A stretch of 64,000 nucleotides of DNA from a virus (lineage: Duplodnaviria; Caudoviricetes): positions 32,001-96,000 of the IMG/VR virus record IMGVR_UViG_3300033073_000738. One strand, given 5' to 3'. The notes beneath the pieces are model-generated. The model was given only the letters and a program-made list of their open reading frames with translations. It had not been told where the DNA came from and searched no databases. Positions 18,301 through 27,200 of the stretch are shown here, piece after piece (within the stretch, counting starts at the first letter, position 1; every line of letters begins with the position of its first letter). A program made the translations under genes and the position numbers.

Positions 18301-21286
18301 CAGCTAATGGATCATATCCAACCGCGTCACGTTTCTTTATAAGTTCGCTACGTAACTTGGGGTCTTTTTCTGCGTCAGCAAGTTCATCATAGTGGGCAAA
18401 GTCAACGATCTTCTTATATGTCTCCTCCTGTTCATTCGACCATTGACCAGTAAGAATGGATATATTACGATAGAAGTCAAATGTACATTTACCCTGACCA
18501 TCAGCTTCTGTACCCTTGTATTCATTCTCGATTACAGCTTTAATCTTCTCGTCATAAAGCTTGATCATTTCAGGGCTGAGCAAACCTTTTTCTTTCTTTA
18601 GCTTCTCAATGTTTGCTATAATCTTATCCTTATAAGATGATACAAAGTTGACATCTTTTAACACAGCACTTCTAAATCCAAAATCTACAGACTGACGAGC
18701 TAATGCCTCAGTGTATTCGTTTTTGTTCAAATAACCTTTCTTATACAAACGTTCTATCAAATTCCTACCGGATAGATTTGTGTTTGCACCATACCCTACA
18801 GAGTTTGAGTAGTTATTGAAATCCTCTATCAGGTTCTTATCAAGGGAGGCAAAAATACCTGTAGCTGAATCTTTGGGAGATCGTTTATGAAAGTCTTTGA
18901 AATAGATGGAGTCACCAAAGAATACTTTCATCTGGTCAATATCCATTAAGAAAGTATTAGCCAGGTAGTCATGTATAACGTTGGTCCATGGGTCTTTACC
19001 CATTTGCAGCTCGTCTTTACCAAAATTGAATACTTTAAATCTCTTATTGCTCCACAGTTTCTCAGCAGGTTTCAATCTTTCATAGAACCTCTGAGCATAG
19101 TTGTTCATGTAATCTGTAATCTCATTCTTTACATTGTTATGCAGCTCACTGTTTGGAACCAATGCTACTTCATCAACACTCTTTGCTTTACTTAATATTG
19201 CATCCAGTTTGTCCCTGATATCAGAATCTTTGATGATGTCTTCAAACAAACCCCAGGTATTCAAACTATTTACAGAAGCTCTAGTGAGGTCTTTGAAAAA
19301 CCCTTTCTTAGCCAGGTAACGCATTTGCATAGTGTCCTGAAGATGATCCACCACCTTAGATAGAAATACTTCATTACTAAATATTTTAGCAGTGCTGTTC
19401 TTAAAAAAAGACACTATAGGTCTCTTCTGAGGTAGCTCAAGATTCTTATCAAAATAGTAATCCATCTTTACACCCAGGTCAGTAGACTTATCTCCCAGAC
19501 GTAATACCGAGTTATAGCCCTGCATACGAAATGAGTTGATGTCCTGGAGGAGTTTATCAATGTCATTCAGATCTGTACTACTTGCACCATCTGTATCTTC
19601 CCCTTCTTTCTTAAGCTGTAGACCACCTGTATTGCTTATCTCAAGACGATTGTATTCTCCTTCGGTAGCAGACCATTCTAGTATATTAGTGTCTACATTC
19701 TTCTTTATACGACGACGCTTGCCGTAGTTTTTACTACTGGGGTCAAAAAAGAAAAGAGAATTCATGAACATACTGTTACGTATGGATGGGTTTCTCTCTG
19801 GGTCTAAGAAAGCAAGCGATGGTTCATTCTTTAATATATCTTCTAGAGTGGGATACTTCTCAAAATCATTAAGAGCATTGTTGATAACAGTGAAGTTATT
19901 GTGCAACTGTAACGCGTGCATCCTGTTTCCCTCTGAGGTGATGACGTTACGGTCCATGTTATAACTCTTGTTGTATTTCAACTCCAATGCTATAAGATCT
20001 TTGATAAGGTTGTTTTGACCGTCGCTAATCTTCTTTGATACCCATTTACCTTTTTCTTGAGTTCTGGTATAAAGATCCTGGGTAACAGCTTTAAGGGGGT
20101 TTGTTATAAACTTATCATCTTGTATATTCCTTACAACTGCAAGAAAATGATTGTATATATACTGAAAAGCAGTTGTATAACCCTGACCTTTAGGTCCTAG
20201 AGCTCTACTCGACATCAGATGCTTTTCTGTCTGTGGAGAAAACTCAAATCCCAGACCTTTTAAAAATGACAATTGAGTTGCTTTTAAAGACGGCCCATCT
20301 ATATTCTTGAATATATCTTCCAGTCTTTCTATAGCATTCTTATTAATCTCCCATGCACCATTGTTATTGTCAGCAAGATTCACCTCAGTACCATCTGGTA
20401 GAGTGATGGGCATACCCACCCTATTGAAGTTAGCTTCAATCTTCATTTGATAACCAGAGGTCTTACCGGTAGCTGCCATGAAGTTCTTCAACAACCCATT
20501 GTCTTCTAAGCTCATTTGATATATAGGCATAAAAGCCTTGGCAAATGAGTTCCTGAAATTGATTCTGAACTGCGTCTCTTCTTTTGTATGGTCTTTCTTG
20601 TGTTTCAGCTTGTCTATAATCTTGCTGTACTGAGGTATGTCATTTACATACTTTTCCATCTTAGTAATGATCTGGTCAAGACTTGTAGAGTTCTCTACAT
20701 GAGTCATCAGATTCCTTACAAAGTTGGAATAGTTTACAGAAGATGTAAATCCATATTCATCAAACACCTCGTCATCTTGTAGGCTCCTGATGAAAATCTC
20801 AACAGATTTGTCTACATCATCCAATGGATCTATCTCATTAGCTGACACATCAAAGACCATTCTTTGTATGGCTTTATCGTCATCACCTATTTGAGTGAGG
20901 TCTACCAACCCGTCTTCGCCGGTCACCAATTTATTACGAAGCTCAAATACCGTAGAGAACTTAATGAAGTTAGCTTGAACACTTTTCCATGAAGCTTGTA
21001 TCTCAAGAAGATTTGTGACAATCTTCTTAAACTCTTCTGCATTCTCAGTGTCACCAGATGCTTCAAGACTTGCAACTTTAGCTGCATAGCTTTGAATGTA
21101 CTGAGGCAACACTTTGTCTCTTACTGAATTCAATAAGTTTTCAATAACACTCTTCTTATTCTTTCCTACAAGGTCAAATACAGAAACGCCTTCTTGTTCC
21201 ATAGCACGAAACATGAAGTATTCCAATTTGGAAACAACCTTGACCATTTTGTCTTTCGTAATCTCAAGTGAACAGTTAGCAGACAT
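12386..21286 (-). CDS. Virion RNA polymerase (double-psi beta-barrel, phi14:2 gp66-like) with C-terminal multidomain extension ending in RNase HI
   Basis: SGSDFDIDK (DFDID at 17036-17050), YRIPTQG and ADGQG motifs. ATG at 21286 preferred over TTG at 21295. Confidence 0.93.
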   Translation of the reverse strand: MSANCSLEITKDKMVKVVSKLEYFMFRAMEQEGVSVFDLVGKNKKSVIENLLNSVRDKVLPQYIQSYAAKVASLEASGDTENAEEFKKIVTNLLEIQASWKSVQANFIKFSTVFELRNKLVTGEDGLVDLTQIGDDDKAIQRMVFDVSANEIDPLDDVDKSVEIFIRSLQDDEVFDEYGFTSSVNYSNFVRNLMTHVENSTSLDQIITKMEKYVNDIPQYSKIIDKLKHKKDHTKEETQFRINFRNSFAKAFMPIYQMSLEDNGLLKNFMAATGKTSGYQMKIEANFNRVGMPITLPDGTEVNLADNNNGAWEINKNAIERLEDIFKNIDGPSLKATQLSFLKGLGFEFSPQTEKHLMSSRALGPKGQGYTTAFQYIYNHFLAVVRNIQDDKFITNPLKAVTQDLYTRTQEKGKWVSKKISDGQNNLIKDLIALELKYNKSYNMDRNVITSEGNRMHALQLHNNFTVINNALNDFEKYPTLEDILKNEPSLAFLDPERNPSIRNSMFMNSLFFFDPSSKNYGKRRRIKKNVDTNILEWSATEGEYNRLEISNTGGLQLKKEGEDTDGASSTDLNDIDKLLQDINSFRMQGYNSVLRLGDKSTDLGVKMDYYFDKNLELPQKRPIVSFFKNSTAKIFSNEVFLSKVVDHLQDTMQMRYLAKKGFFKDLTRASVNSLNTWGLFEDIIKDSDIRDKLDAILSKAKSVDEVALVPNSELHNNVKNEITDYMNNYAQRFYERLKPAEKLWSNKRFKVFNFGKDELQMGKDPWTNVIHDYLANTFLMDIDQMKVFFGDSIYFKDFHKRSPKDSATGIFASLDKNLIEDFNNYSNSVGYGANTNLSGRNLIERLYKKGYLNKNEYTEALARQSVDFGFRSAVLKDVNFVSSYKDKIIANIEKLKKEKGLLSPEMIKLYDEKIKAVIENEYKGTEADGQGKCTFDFYRNISILTGQWSNEQEETYKKIVDFAHYDELADAEKDPKLRSELIKKRDAVGYDPLAEVYFPPKKFQYAGPMEYNRTVDNGSYTTLVPVFDKFSIQPLIPTLIKGTADEHLAKRMEFGGYGYVKFESGSKVETPKDMDDYYKSFDGNNPGERTITPFLSMERNEINGLTDKERKELIKSLDFKSANTLFFNHLKEQVTIDSEIHDTSVFGSQIRKLIMMNLEHPDFKGLYQDYKRYIDELVEIEKATLFNKLGIRFSQEEGKLKVDDLKKMVDYFLSEVKKKNQDSNVIKALNYDAATGKFTVPLDATVQAQVIEGIIISAINNNLVRYKANGTMLIQVATTGMERINYSKKLSDRALETFGNTELKYYDLKEVNGKQVVTPMQVKVGMTRNWLPLLQMKHKDGKKIESIHRMNEMLKDEEWMNKNRKSVQMVAYRIPTQGKNFQDVMEIAEFLPAQFGDAIVMPSEVVIKSGSDFDIDKMFILYPSLSYDGEVMDMPYKKSDLTDLSKYNNIKSVVQNRLINTMSEVILHPANYIELITPSTNYEIMPIVDEIYYKLYGTKRQKTDYKHSEILDREKNIKKFLSLLTGKNDLGIAALANTFNVLFQYSDAKLNPKQVNTLFSNKFIKKTVGGKIEEVSLSSIYDEDGNLKSEFFSEFINAFVDVAKDDYVFAVNVVTELSPLMFFMKYMGISSDKILNFVNQPIIRRYTKLISLYDNKFLDSAKDSKVSARRMALAELMKEMGVIKRDAVAKSVSRKTIRSVINDKINRLKGEYVLNTDELFSKEKLKETVMPDGTDLFTLSESMKLEQLIYLIEMLGLKDNTDSLTNIQTALKWDTNPYASGFDVFARGELYKKAIDLNEPSSVLTRETVKNIATNSIITPLNVAKEILLGLNTLFPVRNDIQLNNFLLKEGGYLMMGFAEDRKLKTNDDLLKFARTAKNDFVNYVLQNFIDRSEEGKQYFKENWQTDKSLDEYLLELIQSNKMVDDWNAIKKKDWYSSLEEQYPIVRNLFFERGEGNSRVITWRFLENSSNTIEKESVIAQLENLANLEQSDEDNIQVRKFFRDLVLYSIFQSGLNSNRYSYISAVPVGLINKLYGYAVDEFQKSVDERKDSEQKRLYKETVYRDFYSKFGSNNPTFFGKGSKQTLTREIATKGKWYSSIPLEWASKQEKGLLPTPVAQKSIASVADIPQNKVSGVMSFGSLVTANQKVIDALGPNPTSIDMIIHGFRTRTTRSNTEMDKYNVKVGDIVRHISTTSDYKVEKEVYARVTAIHPKGSPGWKGTWHKEGWRAEDVNVIDKFLPGAAAIEFEVIQNQSEKVVEGDIFQMQGIPVITTNLEGVHGAGLAQAAASKGLITRGDGEFKIKDNVIQLPVKGNEPSTRKPGKGAYSESVTGNNVELMKSGLRKIIVYARENKDKTILLPLAGLGHGEGSVKEILPILIKTISATDNIKLVLPSEDVSLGRQATVRTDATRSNMPAIKEALQKAGLMSSQQQDTVKENPLLQAGVKPTDMYGNAGKDIQMAQESTQFIGYKSGNASISSTDKYRQAWGSKANTGNYTASDVVMVSGSGLFRGVTEAQIKETLSSKYKSLLEKAIAAGASFRVGNQYAKGNLSDQLIASYLKLKGYTEERLDGYSRWSKSDVVKPATTTIKQQATVTVKAFRTSDTFSSKVNYAQRGGGTYYALDRPFQEIGSSGKVTTVEVSYEPATTLDATTEEGQSKFMLIKRAALENKVFSSIKESNDAVTKAMIANGYTALIGWIEESKKDAGRELVIYKQYESSDKSVTPTKLSTKENPLQVYSDGSDIKGTGKIGFGAVFKANGQVYDLSGTEESKEVQRLKELHPDAKFSNPTMEMMALVSVLTHFANVGGEHIVINQDYKGAVNYNGLWNYSEGSQQREPKPWKAKEAYIITLVNAAENLIKKIEASGGSVSIKWVKGHSGNMMNDLADAAAKSRNIFNNFGKATASADRATTTDVVGAFTKLMVDSTLSFSMSAEQIADLYKKEQLENESAEEFFNRMSCLGKIK

Positions 21287-21288
21287 TA

Positions 21289-24200
21289 TTAACAAACTTT
21301 AGTATAAATAGTATTTAGTTTCGGAGCAAAGAACTTCTTCTTCTTAGGAGGATTGGGTATGTTAATAGGTGCAGCATTTTTGCTGTCCTTACTCACCTCA
21401 TCTGTCTTATTCTTGATTGAGTTGGGGTCATCTACAACCTCTTGCTCTGTAATTGGAGCAGGTGCTTTGTAGTTTAGATCTTTGGGTGAAACAAACTCAA
21501 CAATAGAATTGTAACGCTTCAGGTTATTTACATCAGGTATATCCTGGAATGTAACCTTTAGACCAACTTCGTTAATCAAAAAGTCCTTGAAGTTCTTCTG
21601 TACAAATGTAACTTTTTTAACACCATCCTGCTGGTCTAATACCGGAAACATAAACGGCACAACACCGTTGAACCATTGTGAATAGATATTTATAGGCAAC
21701 CTACCAATGTAGTTCATAACCTTCTTGAGATTGTTCTCATCCACAATAACCTTTTTAGAATTCTTGTCCAGTGTGAATATATTATACGTAACACGTTCCT
21801 TGTTTTCTATAATGGTTACATCCTGTAGATTATTACTAATCCTGAGGTTATATTTGTCGCCGGTCAACCAGATGTTCTGTACAAACATTCTTAGGTTGTT
21901 ATATATACCACTTTCTGCAGGTATCTTCTTCTCCAGGTTTCTTTCTAAGAATGTTCTAATAATAGCAAATGTATAGGGAACAAAAGCAATCTCTTGGTCA
22001 TTAAGTTCTACCCTAGCATTTCTTGAAAAAGGAGGAAGCAAACCACGTCTGTTGATAGCTCCACTGGCATCTTTAATCAAGGCATTTAGTTCACCTGACT
22101 CTTTGTTTATTACAATGTCCACATGATCTTGACTAAGTTGTCTCCTAAGCTCAGGGCTTGTCAAAGTATTTGGTGAAGATGTTGCATTAAGTAATGACAC
22201 ATCTTTAAGATTCATTACACCTGCTGTAATCCTATTCAGTCTAGCAATCTTTGTACGACCATCTTTCACCTCACTGACCATCTTGTCATAAGCCTCTTTT
22301 GCATTAGGGTCAAGCTTATTCTCAACTACGGCATTGCTGAACTCGTTCAACATGTTGAAATAGACAATCTGATTCTCTCCACTTTCTCTCAAACCTTTGC
22401 TGTCTTGAAGATTGTTCTTGTCGATCACACCCACTTGTTCACCCTCTTTATTGAATATGATGGGGTTGCCGTCTTTATCAGATATATAACCAATGACGTC
22501 GCTGCTATACTCCAGGTCGTACATTGTTGAATCACTACCATCCCAACGCAACATTGAATTGTTCTTGGTGATAGTGACCCTGTAATCTTTTAAAGACTCC
22601 ACAGGCTTAATATGAAGCTTGTTGATTATATCTCTCACCTTGTGATAGTAGCTTGTAAAGTAGTTACTCTCCACCGGCTCACCTGTCTCAACATCATAAT
22701 ACAAATCATTAGACGTGCTTCTAAATGGATTCTCATTCTGAGCTGACTTGTCAGAAGCTAATGGTGTTCTCAACACAAGCATGTAATCAAGAGGCTTCAT
22801 AGAACCAGAAGCAACCTCGTCTTTGAATGTAGAAGAAGCTTTTACAACTGGTATACCTGATTCTTTCTCTTCTTCACTAGGCACTTTGAACTCAAACTCT
22901 ATCTTCTTCTGTAGTTCTTTAGATATGGGAATTCCAAAATAGTCTTTTAGAGCTGCGTTTATCTTTTGTTCAGTGGCTTCAAGTTTAGACTTGTCAAATA
23001 AACCACCTCTATCTACCCATTGTAGGAAGTCCATCACCTCATTGTTAGTATCATATATGAGTTCTTTGAGATTATTACTTCCCTTGGTTACACTCAACGC
23101 ACCCACTTTAATCAGCTTACGGATCTGCTTTACATCACCAATAGCAGAATATACCTCACCATAGTTCTCAACAGCAACAGCAGGATAACGTGTTCTCAGC
23201 TCACCAAACACTCGACTGAAACCCATTTTAGATAGTTTCTTAGCAGCCGTATATTCTTTCTCAAAACTATTGAACTCATCCACACTTCTAAATCCAAGTG
23301 AGGGAAGTTTGAAATCTGGTGTTACCTGGAATGCATTCTCTTCCAAACTGTACATACTAGGGAACATACTGTACCCTTCCATTACATCACTCATGTTGCC
23401 GCTTGCATATGTTCCATTCTCATCTAACGGACCCATGAGTTCACGGATGTACTCAGCTACAGTATCTTCTATAAGAGGAATGTATCCATTCTTTTCAGCA
23501 AGCTTTGTCAATACAGCTTCAACCCTTGCTTGTGACCTAACACGACGAGGATTGTTGCGTCCCAGGGTGTAGATCTCAAACTTAGACATCCCTGTAGCAT
23601 CAGTTACATAATAATATGTACGACCTTCCACCTCAACACTAAAAGCATGTTTGAGTTTGTTCTTATATTCCTCTATACGGAAGCGTCGCTTGTTAGCTGT
23701 TATAGCACTTGATAATGTATCATACTCAGATTCAGATATAGCATCTTTTGAGTATAGCTTTTTGAATTGCTTTCTTAGTTGGTCAAGGTCTGTAAGAGAT
23801 TTTGCTAAACCAATCTTCTCCAGCATTTCACCGGATGACGTGTTTAGTATCTCAGAGGTGAGATTCAACACTTCACTCAGTGCAGTTTCATCTGTCATTA
23901 CACCAAGTTTCTCCAAGAGTTTCTTGATGAAATCCATGAACACCTGCCAGGTAGTCTTCTTAGAGTTAGCATAAGGTATCTTAGCTAACAGATATTGAAA
24001 CGCGGGGTTGGTAAAAGCTTCTGTTACAAACTCCCTAAGTTGCTCGTCAGGTGATAAGTCACTATTAAAAGCATAAAAATGACCGGCCAGTTCAGAATTC
24101 TTTACAGCATTGTATACAGATCTGAGTGCCCTGGTGTATTCACTTTTAGGATCAGCAATAGCTGTCTCTATCTGCTTATGGATTAACTCATGCAGAATGA

Positions 24201-27200
24201 CAGTTTCTAAAGCACTACTTGGATATCCTTCCCTATAGGCTGTAGCTGAGAGGTCGATGTTAATCTCACCGGTCTCTGGGTCAAAATCACCTACACCTTC
24301 TATTGTATTATCAAACTTGATGGTGTCTGAGTCATTGAACAAAGACATCATATTTCTTGCAAGAAGCTTCTCAGTATCTGTAGCAAAGTCACTGTCAATA
24401 ATAAACTGCAGAGCTTGCTTGATACCAACCTTGTCATCTTTAGCCCCAATAGCTTTCCTAAGGTCTTCCTCGTTTCTTAAATCAGTCGCGTCTTTAGGAC
24501 GAAGACTAAGGAATGCTAACTTATCTATACTTATCCCAGATTCATTGTACACCAGATTGCCACCCATGTCTACAGACGTAGATGAGAAACCGGTTGCAGC
24601 TTTGAATTTAGTCTTGATATCTTTTAACAGCTCCTCAGAAAAGTCTTTCACCTGTGCAATCTGACCGTTGTCTAATACGGGTGTCACTCCAGGATTCTCT
24701 ATAATATCAGCTATTTGGTCAAACGTAAGTTTAACACCGGAGTCTGTATTACCAACCGCACTCTGAGCTTCAATCATTGCTGTAAGCAATATCTTTATAA
24801 GGTTGGTTCCAGTATCAGCATTCCACATTTTTGCTGTAGCCAGCTCTACTATCGGCAACCCAACTTGTGATGTCTTAGCACCTTTTTGTATACTGTCGTA
24901 AATAGAAAGTATCTCGTTTTTGAAAGCATTCAGGTCTTTGCTAGCTTTAGGACCAGACAAAAGCTTTTCAAACATACTCATGGTTGCAGTATCCAGGAAC
25001 TCATCAGCATTCTTTATACCATTTGTTATAGCGTTCTGTTTTCTTTCCTCAATACTTTGAATGATGTTCAATGTATTGGCATCACTCATGTTGCTGTTGA
25101 TCTGCTTTCTGAATTCCTTATACTTACTATATTGTTCGTCACTGATTTCTATGGTCTTATTAAAACCAAACTCATTCAGGATATCATCTACAGTGTTGAT
25201 GGACTTGTCTGCAAGAACGTCTCTTACCTTTTCTTCGGCCACTTTATAGACATCACTTGACTTACCGCCCTCATTTGAGTCTTCATATAGATTCAAAATG
25301 AGTTCCTGTAACTCTTTCTCATTTGCCTTATCTCGTGGGTTTTTTACATATTTCTCAGCAGCCTTGTTAATCTGAAGAGCAAAGATTCTCGACACACCCA
25401 GATTAATCAGCTCACTGGCTGTACTAAGTTGATTACGACTATACTTTTTAAGGTCATCATCACCAATGGTACCACTCGCAATCATGTTATCTATTGCCTC
25501 AGACTGACCAAAAGTTGCATCAACATCAATAGGTACCTTTCTGTTTCGTTTGTTTACAGTGGTGCTAAAGTCCCTTTTGATCTCTGTGGCTAATACAAAT
25601 TCTCCACGGAGGCTATTCAAATCAGCAGCTTTCTGTTTGAAATTCTCAAGCCTTGTCTTGATAATCTCTATATATCTTTCCCTGTCTTTGATGTATTGGT
25701 CTAACAAAGGACTACCGCTGCCAGCTACACTGGTCATGCGTTTTTTCAGTTCATCAACCCTTTTGTCAATAGCTTTACGATATGCGCTCTCAAAATAAGC
25801 TATCACCTCATCTTTAAACGAAGGGTCAAGCTCCATGTCCAATACTTCAAATATCTTCTCAACAGCGTCAGTAATTAACAAGTTGGGCTTGTTGAATACG
25901 CTGTCGATAAACAACTTGATCTTCTTTGCATCCTTTGATATCTCCCTTCTCTCTAGTTCTTTGACGGCTTTACTTAACTTCTCTTTTAATGGCACTTTAT
26001 ATTTAGACTGCACACCTGGCTCAAGCTGATTGATTAACAGTTGCATCTTAAGCCACAAAGCTTCTACAGCTTTTCTTGTCGCATCAGGAGAAGAAAGCAA
26101 AGCATTCATCTCACTTATCAGATCGTTATACTGATTGACAAATTCACGTGAGGTTTCAGAAAGTGGTTTGCTTTCGTTACCACCTTGCTGGTTCTTTTTG
26201 TTACGTTCTGTCAACTTGTTGACTATCTCATCAGCTTGTTTATCATCTATCTGACCACTGAGAATACCTTCCTCAAGCTTCTTCTCTATATCTGATTGAG
26301 GGACACCATCAGCAATATCCTTAAGAATACTCTGAAAGAAGTTGACTTTAGAACCTCCACCGCTTTGTCCTCGTTGATTACCACCCGGACTACTACCAGG
26401 TTGTTTACCATCTAGATCAGCTAATTCTGCATCATACAAAACTTCCCCTTTTTTAGCAAGAATTTTTCCAGTTCCATATTCTTTTACCTCATCTTGAGAA
26501 ATAACTTGTTTTATAATATCAATACTAACATATCCTTCAGGAGTTAGTACTTCATTACTCATTAATGTTTCAATTCTAGTAGTAGTTTTACTACCATCAA
26601 TTAAAACAATTATGGGATTTACAGCCTTTTGAAGAGCAGCTCTAATTAATGATCTCCTTCTTTCTATATCAGACAATGGTGTAGTTGCTGTAGATTGTTT
26701 ACCATCAAATGCAGCTAACTTTGCATCAATTTCATTCTTAATTTTATCAGCAAGAATCTGACTATAAGACTTGTTTTTACCATTGATTACTTCATCTTTT
26801 CCAATTGAAGAATCTAATAGCTTATCTCCATAGAATTCTTTAGCTACTTCTAAAGCTAATTTTGCATCAGCTTCAGTATAACCATGCATCACAACCTGGT
26901 CACTTAATGCAGGACCTTGAGCTTCCAGATCTTGAAATATCTTAACTCCCCCATTATAACCCCTCTCTTGAAGTTTCACCATAAATTCTTTAAGAACTTC
27001 TGGCGAAAAATCATTCAGGTCTTTTAGAGAAAAATAGCTTTTATGCGTAACGCTATCATTATCATTTGTACCGTTGTTAATAGAGAAGAACAACCAAGAA
27101 TTTGAATCCTTTGTGCCGGATAAGAGTCTTACATTTTTAGCAAGATATCTTTCTACTTGTGGTTTGTCCACAATAGACATCATTGCATTATAAAAACTAT

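Noticed and set aside
1-21286. Inteins or self-splicing introns in PolB or RNAP
   Set aside because: Catalytic motifs are contiguous, no C...HN intein ends or LAGLIDADG motifs seen, and the ORFs are not split.
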